DNA of 63,978 nucleotides, counting the filler, from Phoronis australis (taxonomy: Eukaryota; Animalia; Phoronida), in the NCBI GenBank assembly GCA_002633005.1. It is 8 parts of 8 records of this genome, joined end to end, with 100 filler letters (N's around TTAATTAATTAA, not from the genome) between each part and the next. Parts side by side here need not be neighbours in the genome. Positions count along the whole stretch, not along the records: positions 45,628 to 61,364 come from NMRA01001523.1; positions 61,465 to 63,978 come from NMRA01003637.1; 6 more parts are not named here. One strand, 5' to 3'. Position numbers and translations under genes: made by a program. The notes under the pieces are model-generated. The model was not told the DNA's origin. It made no database searches and was given only the letters and a program-made list of their open reading frames with translations. Below, piece after piece: positions 53,554 through 63,978 of the stretch. Numbering within the stretch: the stretch's first letter is position 1; every line of letters starts with the position of its first letter.

Positions 53554-55889
53554 ATTACATTCATATATTATTTAGTGTTATTTCTATTAAATGATGAAGT
53601 GTGTGAATGATTGTGTGTATGAGTATGCGAGTGAAAGTCCCACCTCCCTTTTCCTTGTTCGCCCTTTAAATGAACTGTTATAAGTGTATTTTTGAAAAAC
53701 AATAAACTAAACTACAGAAAAGGAACAAGAACTGAACGAGGCAGGGGTTTGTGACAACGCTGGTGAGTGGTAACGTCTATTTAAGGTGTTACAACTGTCA
53801 TCGATATTGTCATCATCTTTGTTTTCATAAAACCTTCCCTGATGAAAACGTGAATGCAGAGGACCTTCAGTAGTTTAGTGAGCACAAGCACAATACAGTT
53901 GCGAACGTAGGTTTGTGTGGTCTCGTATTTCGTGTGGTCTCATGTGTGGGTGTTCGTTCGTTAGTTTCTGTTAGTGGCCCGATGTTGTAAAATTTAGTGT
54001 TGTCACATGACTGGGGCATCATGGGAATTGGCTCTCTCTTTGTCTAGTCCTGCAACATGCAGGACGCCTGCGTTTGATGCACTCCAGCGTGTGTGTGCAA
54101 GTCAAATGAGTAAAGGTAAACCTGCAGTAAACACGATAATACAACCAACTGCCCAATAAGGGCCACTTAACACTTCCCAAAAGAACTGCTCACTTGAGAA
54201 TGTTCAATTAGAAACATATGGAAGTTAGATCAGTCAATTCTGTTATCAAAGCGTACTTTTAATCCAAACAAAATTAATGAACATGTGAAAAAATACGATA
54301 TTTAGCTGGTATCTTTTGCATCCACATATGCTCCTTATAATTTGTGAATAAATACGATTTTGTAATTTTCTCAGTACGTGAATCCTAAATCCCAAACTGT
54401 CCGGAGTAACTATATATGCTGTTATGTGCAGGCAGGCAACAAAATCAGTCAGCACAGAAGTTTGAACATTGCAGTAACAAGGCCAATAGCATTGCTAAAA
54501 GTAGCCTATTCATGATACCAAGAGTTCTATTATTGGAAGACTTTGAACAGTGTTTCAATGCCGAAGTTATTTTTTGTTGAACTAGACAGTAAAATAGATG
54601 CAAGAATTTCCCGTCACAATATAGTAGCCGGAAGCTGAGTCATCTTACGCGAAAAATAAAATATTTGTCCACCATAAAGTTTGGTAAGTTGATCGCTTAA
54701 GAATTAGTAGAAACACTACAGTGACTGTTTTGTGACGTTTTATCACATCTTATGCAGTGGCCCCAAACTTTCTTCAGCGAATCCGGAAGTTTGCAAATGT
54801 GGCTGAAAGTGTTAGCCAATGAAACGCGTCAAAGATCAGTTCTGCATATCCCAGATACACGCAACTTGCTTACAAGTCATCGGGAGAGCTGTTCTCGGTT
54901 AGTGTTCTTTTGAACTTGGATTTAGCAACAACCAAATAACGGTCGGACTCACAAGAGTTGCTTTATATTTGCCATGTATCTGCTGACAAGTGTAAAAATT
55001 CAAGTCGCATTCGTTGGAAATTCCAGGTTGCATTTTGCGACTTGTTACGAGCTGACACAAATCTCGTATTTCCAAATTTCAGGTCACAAATGCGACCTGC
55101 AGCTCGTTATGTCGAGCCCTGAACATGTCTGAATACATAAGTTTTCTTACGCAAGTTTTTTATCATTCAAGTATTTTCCTGTCTTGGACTAGACATGCGT
55201 CACATCAATTAACGTGTTTGATTACAGAGGTTTTTTACGTAACTTTTAGACAAAGACTGGACAAGAACATGTCTTTTTTATACAGGGTCAATTAAGTATA
55301 TTTTGAACCAACTGACAATGAATTACGTGAAAAGAACCCTATTTGTTTAAACGTATATTAATAACGGAGGACATTGTAACACGCCGTTACTGCAAAATTA
55401 CAACCCAACATACTTGACCAAAACTGGGGCAAGGTATCACTTATTCATGTACGAGGATGCCATTTTTCAAAAGACTGACACTTCTCTTCTTGAACCAAGT
55501 GTTTGGCTGAAGTTAGATACATAGCTACCTATCCTACAGCAATATGAAAACTTTCTACTGAGAATTAGTCCAGCTACAAGCTACCAATGCCAGGAGCTTC
55601 AAGGAAGCCTTTTTTACATGTTGCAAGATGAAGATTGCAAGCAGATCGCTATTTCTGTTATAAACTTCAACACGTGCTTCTTTGTTAATCATGCTGACGC
55701 AGCATCTCATTTGTTTCCGATACTGTTGAAATACGAGTCAATGTCGTGGTGGATGAGTGATACCATACTACCACTCAGGGTGTACGCTAAATATCGAGGA
55801 CAGGCCCTGGTATATTCTCTAATGCACACCTTGAACCGTGATCATGGGAATTACCCCAAAGTAGACGGAGGAGTTGTTGGATATGATGT

Positions 55890-56510
55890 CCTTATGAATG
55901 AGGAACTCAAAGAAAGACTTGGGTCAGGTAGCCAGAAGACAGGCACCGCCAAGCAGTACAGAGGAACGAAGGACAGACTCCTCGTTCATCGATGACCAGA
56001 AACAAGGTGACATAGAGTGTTTCAATTGTTATGGAAAGGGTCATTTAACCAAGGACTGCTGGATGAAACAATCATAGTCCAAAAAGTCTGCAAGTGAGCA
56101 GTCATCCTCCTTGCAGCAAGAACAGATTAAGAAAGAAGATACCAAAAAAGGTGGGAATGCGTCAAGCTGTTGTAGCGATGGTAGAGCAGCACATAGTTGA
56201 TGGCTGTCTTCAGTTAGTCAATGGGACACAGATACCCGTAGAGACAGGGACTTGTGATGAGCACAGAGAATCTCCAGATGACTACCATATGCCCGTTTGT
56301 GGCAGTTACGTCAACAAGACAATGGTACGTGACACCGGTTGTAGTAGTGCAGCGGTAAAGACGTCCCAACTCAAAGAAAGTCAACTGACGAGGAAACAGC
56401 ACATCTGTGTGTTAATAGATGGGACATCACCATACTTTCCCATAGCAAAGATTGATGTAGACACACCATACTTCCTGGGTGAAATCGAGGCGATATGTGT
56501 GTCGCGATGA
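55890..56510 (+). mobile_element. Duplicate of the Gypsy gag/protease relic
   Basis: CFNCYGKGHLTKDC and VRDTGCSSAAVK. Confidence 0.8.
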
Positions 56511-56881
56511 CAAGCTCACTTCAGATACGTGTTACCCAAGTGACCTTTTAGAGTGAGAGTTTTGACAGCCAGTAATTGAAATGTGTTTGATCTGAGCGAT
56601 TGAGTTTGCACTGGAGCACATTACAGATACTGGAAGATTTTTACCTCTGTTCGAGGGCATATTATTGCCTATTTAACTCATCTTTCATATCAGTAGCTTT
56701 TACTTTCACAACAACTAGACCTATTTGCAGACAACTTCTTCTCGCAGACCAGAAGGACAGAAGACCGAAATATGAAGGCGAGATGCCGACCGTCTCATAC
56801 CGAGATAGCCTGGATATAATGGTTCGCTTTCTGGGCTATTTATTTGAGAAGCAATAAAAAACGCAGAGCTAGCCGCACAGG

Positions 56882-59030
56882 CAGGGCTCAACATTAACTT
56901 TTTAAGCCACTTGCCCTTTGGGCAAGTAGTTAAAATTTTTACTTGCCCGAACAACGAATTCACTTGCCCCATTAGTACAATCACAAATAGCACCGTGCAT
57001 GTGCACACCTAGGAAATGTGTTACCGTAGGGCTGCCTGGGCTGAGCCTCCTCTTGTGCACGCTATATACACGAGTTGCTATTTTTTTAACGATTCTTCTT
57101 ACAGAACATTTATTTATAAGGTGTGTCAAAACACTAGAGAGACAAATTAGAAGAGTAACTATGGTATCTGAACCATTAATTGTCACACATTCACAGGCGC
57201 CGAAATGAGCTAGGGCATGATTTCTAGACACTTCTGTGTATTAATTAGTTTATATGCCCTCATGCATTAAACTAGCCAGCCAGCTAGCTGTATGAAGACT
57301 GTCGTCAAAATACAGCTAGGTCCCACTGCGTGTATTTCTTCTGTAGACAGCGAAATTGCACACAGCCAAGGTAGTTCTGCTCATCACCGCTCCATGAAAC
57401 TTGTATCAACATGTAAAGCTAAAGACCGGACGGTGTGCATGCAAAATCTGGGAGTCAACCGACACTCACCTTGCCCGTTACAGCCGTTTAAGTGAAAAAC
57501 AATGCAATAAACTTCATTTTCTTGCGTAACACTCTGCCTTTTCTAACAATGAAAAGTATTTCGTTTTGAAAACAGTACGCTCGTGTCACACGCACGCGCC
57601 ATTTCCTAAATTTTTGCGACATCTCTCAGGAGACAATGATAGCTTGAAAACAACAAAATTTCTTCTGAAATTTGATTTTTCGGTACCAAAATTATAAAAA
57701 CTTTTAATGAGGTGAAACCAGTTCTGATAATTTGTTGTGACGTGTACGCAATCTCGTGAAAGAACAACAGTTGATTGAAGAATCGGCGAAAAAAGAAACT
57801 GGCAACGCAAAATTTCATAGCGCCGAAAGCGGTCGCTAAAGATCGCTCCACAACATTAGCAGCAGTGGGAAGAACGGTAGAACGCCATTTTTGCCAACAC
57901 TGTTAAATAATTTAAATTACTCAAGGAAGACTGTAGTTTTTAATGACGCTAATTTTGTGTCAGATTTTATCTTACCACTTTTTTACCTGCATCGGTGCAA
58001 AAGCTATATATTTACATACAGCTTTGTACCAAGGCTAGCATTAAACTTGAGTTGTTGCTAACCTGAATTTCAATTTTTGCTATCTGTAAAACTCTTGCAC
58101 AGTTTTGGTCATCGGTACCTTGTATAAAATTAAAATCAAATTTTAACACATAATAATGCCACATATACTTTTATTTTCAATAAATAATTACATTTTTGAA
58201 AAATAGATAGACCGCGAAAAAGTCACCCTTCAGACTTCAAAGCGGCAATCCCGAAGACCGTATTCCTCTTCTTTCGGGAGTTGCCACCGGGAGCCGGGAA
58301 TTCATAAGAATGTCCTTTGGAATTCCCCCTGAATAAATACCAGACCTTTTAAACTGCTGTGTAGTGTAGAAAATATGTCGTCAATCATTCACTTTTTAGC
58401 TTTTGTGCTTATGTGTATGACTTACATCCGCTGACGAACGCGGTGCTTCCAGCTGTCATGGGTGAACGCCGGCAAAAATCAAACGTCATCCCTTGTTCAC
58501 TGTCTTGCAGGCCAGAAAACCTAATTTCCCATGACGGAACCCATCCCCGCACTCTTTTCGTTTCATATTATTGCTTTGATTCTTCCTGAACTTGTTTTTT
58601 AGCAACTAAACCAAAGCCGTCCAGGCCTGGATGGCTTCCATGTTTAGACGTTTTGCCAGAGTGCAGACGATCAGTAGTATCACGTGACAACTTAATATTC
58701 TGAAACTGCAGGGCACGTTCAGAGAATCGAAAGGATATGACCGCGAGTGTCATCTGTGCACGCTGCATAACACTCGTTCTATTTTCCTTTCGGTGCTCAT
58801 TCGAAGACGAAAGTTTCTTGACGGCCACAGGGGCTTTTTCGACGGTTTTTAGGCTTGTGTCGGGGTTCGTTACTTTGGAGCAAATGTCGAGCAGACAATC
58901 TTAGGATCTACTTGCCTATGCGGCTAGCTTTTTAACTTGCCCATAGGGCAAGTACTTTTCAAATTCCACTTGCCCGACGCAAAATCTACATGTACACGGG
59001 CAATCGGGCAACCGTTAGTGTTGAGCCCTG
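56882..59030. mobile_element. 2.15 kb non-autonomous DNA transposon with hAT-like termini
   Basis: 17 bp TIR CAGGGCTCAACAtTAAC / GTTAgTGTTGAGCCCTG with 1 mismatch. Subterminal acttgccc/gggcaagt repeats. No TSD. Confidence 0.82.
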
Positions 59031-61542
59031 TAAAAGCATGCCAAGTCCATGTAAGATTGGCATTCGCCTCAACAGTCCGTGCCACAAAACGTATTTGAGC
59101 CGACAACAAGGTGTCATTCTTATAAAAGACCTTGATCTACAAAAAAGGAAACTTCTGTCCTGGAGAACTGGTTTGTCACATTTTTATAAAGATGAACTTT
59201 GTATGCACCATGAGAAACAGTTTTTAACTTGCCTTCTTGTGTCACACAAAGGACAGTACAAGTAAGTAATATTCTCACTCACTGCATTGATCAATGTGCT
59301 TCAAGGATTACTGAGCTTTAATGTAGGTCATGAAAAACATATTTCAAAAGGTTTCGTCTTGTGAGAATGTTCTTCTCAAGTTTTAAAATTGAGACTACTA
59401 AAATGGTTCTTAAAATATCAAAGCCATTAGTTTTCACAATTCATGCCCAGACAAAGATGCTCTGGAAGACCATCTGATCCGAGAGCCCAACGACAGCGAC
59501 CTTGACGACATGATTAGTAATAAGCAGTGGATGCACATGGATTCTACTATCATCTTGTCAACTTTCACCTCAACTGTGGAAGAGTTTGTCCACAAAACTG
59601 AGGATTGTTTTGGTTCACTCAGACAACACAATTTTATTTCGAAAGCCCAATGAAAGATAACCGAGAAGTAGACACAGCAATTGTTATGTTAGATTTTGCT
59701 GATAATTATTCACTTATTTTGCAGGATGCTGTTCAGTGGTTCCACTGGAACAATTCCCAAGCTACTCTTCATCCATTCGTAGTATATTTTAAGACCGAAG
59801 AGCTCCAATGTTTAAATGCATGTATTATTTCCGACAACATGAAGCATGATACTACATTTGTGCATGCATTTATTGCCACTTTGATACTGCGTGATGAACA
59901 CTTTGCTGTTTGTGAAAAATGTGAATTCCCGGCTTCCGGTGGCGACTCCAAAACAAGAGGAATACGGTCCTCAGGATTGTCGTTCTGAAAGGTGACTTTT
60001 TCGAGGTTTATTTTTCAAAAATGTAATTATTTATCGAAAATAAAAGTATATGTGGCATTATTAGATGTTAAAATATGATTTTAAACTATTTCAAGGTACC
60101 GATGACCAAAACTGCGCAAGATTTTTACGGATAGCAAATTCAAGTTCAGGTTAGACAACAACACAAATCCAGACTAATTTAATGCATGAGGGCGTATTTT
60201 AACTAATGAATACACAGAAGTGTCTAGAGTTCCTGTCCTAGCTCATTTCGGCGCCTGTGAGACACTGGTTGATATAGCATTAGTTACTCTGCTAATTTGT
60301 CTCTCTAGTATTTTGATACACCTTATAAATAAATGTTTCTAGAAGAATCGTCAAAAAATAGCATAGTATATAGCATGCACAGCACTAGAGGAGGCTCAGC
60401 ACAGACAGCCCTACGGTAACACAATAGCCTACCTAGGTTTGCACATGCACGGTGCTATTTAAGCTAGTACTTGTGATTTTGTAAAAAATTCAACTATATG
60501 CCCGAAGGGCAAGTGGCTTAAAAAGTTAATGTTGAGCCCTGNATATTATTTAGTGTTATTTCTATTAAATGATGAAGTGTGTGAATGATTGTGTGTATGA
60601 GTATGCGAGTGAAAGTCCCGCCTCCTTTTTCCTCATTCGCCCTTTAAATGAACTGTTATAAGTGTATTGTTGAAAAACAATAAACTACTAAACTACAAAA
60701 AGGAACAAGAACTGAATGAGGCAGGAGTTTGTGACAACGCTGGTGAGTGGTAACATCTATTTAAGGTGTTAAAAATGTCATCGATATTGTCCTCATCTTT
60801 GTTTTCATAAAACCTTCCCTGATGAAAACTTGAATGAGGAGGACCTTCAGTAGTTTAGTGAGCACAAGCACAATACTGTTGTGAACGTAGGTTTGTGTGG
60901 ACTCGTCTTTCATGTGGTCTCGTAAGTGGGTGTTCGTCCGCTAGTTTCCATTAGTGGCCGGATGTTGTGAATTTTAGCGTTATCACAAGACTGGGGCATC
61001 ATGGGAATTGGCTCTCTCTTCGTCTAGTCCTGCAACGTGCAGGACGCCTGCGTTTGATGCTCTCCAGCGTGTGTGTTCAAGTCAAATGAGTAAAGGTAAA
61101 CTGCACATGAACCTGCAGTAAACACGATAGTACAACCAACTGCCCAATAAGGGCCACTTAACACTTCCCAAAAGAACTGCTCACTTGAGAATGTTTAATA
61201 ATAAACATATGGAAGTTAGATCAGTGAATTCCGTTATCGAAGCGTACTTTTAATCCGAACAAAATTAATGAACATGTGAAACAAATATGGTATATAACTG
61301 GTATCTGTTGCATCCACATATGCTCCTTATAATTTGTGCATGAAATACGATTTTGTAATTTTCTNNNNNNNNNNNNNNNNNNNNNNNNNNNNNNNNNNNN
61401 NNNNNNNNTTAATTAATTAANNNNNNNNNNNNNNNNNNNNNNNNNNNNNNNNNNNNNNNNNNNNGACTTGTCTTACAACTGTGAACAGAACATACAAATG
61501 AAAGACAGTGCATCATATTATTGAATAACAAATAATCCTTAC

Positions 61543-61640
61543 CTTTCTGGAACCTTAGGAAACGTAAAAAATTTCAGTTCTGGTGTTTTCGTGGATGAAT
61601 TTATGCAATTTATTAGCTGCAAAAGGTGCTCTTTGCCACT
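61543..61640 (-). pseudogene. Degenerate THAP-domain first exon (transposon-associated)
   Basis: ...INCINSSTKTPELKFFTFPKVPER followed by a GTAAGG donor. Fits the THAP C-x-N...FF.FP...R pattern, with the first Cys frameshifted. Confidence 0.5.
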
Positions 61641-63978
61641 GTTCTCGCGCTTCGTGCTTGCTTATTCGCTACTTGGTGGCACTAGTAGTTGCGATAACAG
61701 CGAAGTCACAAGTGAACTCTCCTACGTATTGTACTACACTTCTTGGTTGAACTTCTCAAAATCCAGTGCCGGGTGTAGCAGTTGCTTTTTGTATGTCTCA
61801 TGTTGACGCAATGGCATTGGTTGTGCGGTATTTTGTGCACGTGCATCTGCTGCGTCATCTGATGTTGTTAGCACTAGACGGTCCCATCTTCTGACCTTAG
61901 GTAATAATTCACAATTTACAATTTGTCAGTTGTAATTATTTCCCCTCAAGGAAACCACCGCAGAACGGTTGCCTCGGCAACATGGTCACACTAGTGAAGA
62001 CGTGACATTTACTCGTCTCTGCCTCGTAATAATCTTTGTGGTTGACCTTGAACGGCTAACCGCCTCCTCTTCTAGCCGTGACGTCTCCGACGAAGATTTA
62101 TGAGATGTCCCTTCCTTACACGCTTTTGTGTGACCTGAGTGATCATCACCGTCACTATGGATGTGCAAATGGAGGCTCTGCAATTAATTTTCTTTTCCTT
62201 TGTCTCATAAGATGTCGATTCCTCGGTGACTTGGTGCTCAGCTCTCTCTCTTTCTCTCTCTCTGTCTCTGGTTTGAAATAAACAAATGAGATTGCGACAT
62301 TGGTCTATTCATGGCTGACATTTATCGTCTTGGGGAGAACGTGACGCATGGCACAACGGGATTTGATAAGTGTTTATCCCTCCTTGTGGTGTCTCTCTTT
62401 GCCTCATCATCAGTTAGTCCCGTTAACTATGTACTCTAACCAATTTTTGACTGAAATAATTGTTATTGCAATGACACAAAACTCAATTTGGTGCTACATA
62501 TCTTTTAGAAAATTGAAGTAACTTTTCCGCCACAGTGTCTCTTAGATTAGTGAGATTTTACTGCACCTGGTTATGTTGATTAACGAGGGAATTGGTTTTA
62601 AGTTATTGCATTTATCCGCGTTATCGAGTAAACGCATGGTGGTGAAACCAGGGGCACTCGAATATAGTTTCGACGGGGAGTGCAGGTGGAGAATTGGGGT
62701 ACCCACCCATTTAGAGAATACCCATTTGTAGGAAGCTGTTACGAAAACGTCGGGCATTCTTCGTAGGGCTTTCTTGAAGAACACCCCCATTTTGTTGGAG
62801 TTGTTTGTAAACCTAGTAACCTTGTCACAGGGAATCTAAAAGGGCTGCTAAATTTTGACCTCATTCAGCTTGAAACAGTACAAGAATAGATAGGGTGTTG
62901 TTGACACTGAGTACATCTTTCGACTCAAAATTTATTAAATCATGATAATGGAAATCCATCTGTTGTTTTTGTTGATGGAATAGGAGCCGTTGAAGTCTCC
63001 GAAACTCTAAAGTGGACCCATGTGTGGGTAATTGTCTTAAGAGACACATTTAGCTTGGAATTGTGTCTGAAAAGGCACCGTTTTGGAGGGAAACTGGTCT
63101 TGAAAAGTTGCCCTTTTAAGTGTCATGTCCTGTATGTACGCTTTATAATTTTGAATGATTACAGGATATTTCCTCATGCTATGCAAAAGTCAGAAGTTTA
63201 TATCCAAGTTACCATATTGATGTTGTACTGTTTTGCATGTACCTTTACATGAAATTGTGACCAGTCATGTTCCTAGCTTCAGACCATTTTCCTGATTGGT
63301 GTGTGCAGTCACTGGCCATGTGGACAACAAACTATGGCAAGGAAATAGCTATTATCAGCTAAGCACCTTCTGCAGTTGATTTCCTAAGCAGCTACCAACT
63401 TAATTGTGGATTTTCAAAGCGAGGAAATTCTCTAGTTAGGAACGTGAAAAGAAGATGAAGCTGTTTTTTTTTCAATCTGTCAAAACGCCTTTTGCAGTTG
63501 TCACACCATGAAAGTTGTAGCTAAGGGAAGAATACTGGGACCCACCTGAAAGTTTATGTAGTTTTGACATTCAACTGTACTCGCTTTGTTTGTAAAGGCA
63601 GTTTGAGATGAACACCATGTAGCAAACATGGTTCAATTGCACCACGCACCTAGTTTTGTGACTACGAAAAGCCTGTTCTCAACTTTGAAACACAACATTT
63701 GTGGCTCTCACGTGCACGTCAAAGCAACATTTATTGAGACATAGGGACATCTTTTGCTAAAGCAAATATCTAGGTTCCTAGTTAAATACTCAAAAGTGAC
63801 ACAAAAATGAAATCAGTTCTGATAAGTTGCACATAATCGTGTAAAAAGAAGCGTTTAAAAAGAAGCAAGTCAAAAAGCACCGTTAGTATTTCATGGCGCT
63901 CAAAGTGAACATATGTGACCAGTCTCTCCAGACAACAATTATGGTATCCGATTTTGCTTGTTCCAGGAAATGTGCAGA

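Larger units (their letters stand above)
48333..54640. repeat. Segmental tandem duplication, copy 1 (~6.3 kb mosaic of transposon fragments)
   Basis: catcttacgcgaaaaataaaatatttgt at 48333 and 54641, with collinear high identity to ~54372 / 61364. Confidence 0.9.
54641..61364. repeat. Segmental tandem duplication, copy 2 (ends in a gap)
   Basis: Collinear with 48333-54372 except for the 56882-59030 replacement and small indels. Confidence 0.9.

Overview
AT-rich, repeat-dense scaffold from a eukaryote, most likely an invertebrate animal. It has spliceosomal GT-AG introns, and its N gaps contain artificial TTAATTAATTAA linkers. The one clear host gene is a + strand Tec/Btk-family tyrosine kinase: five phase-compatible exons (6206-12080) encode SH3, SH2, the linker and the kinase glycine loop, and I could not find the rest of the kinase in the window. 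Downstream is a Helitron/Helentron-dominated block (about 12.9-34.6 kb). It holds an internally deleted Helentron (STPR repeats and Zn finger joined to a Pif1 helicase tail plus APE endonuclease), a higher-order tandem repeat that copies the last codons of that endonuclease, and a ~1.2 kb-unit array dense in YY1, ETS, NRF1 and CTCF-like motifs. The rest is MITEs and DNA-transposon relics (Tc1/mariner-like, Kolobok-like, piggyBac, hAT-like), Gypsy and Penelope fragments, a ~6.3 kb tandem duplication and a possible antisense membrane-protein exon. Most listed ORFs are spurious. All calls come from reading the sequence by eye; no searches were run.
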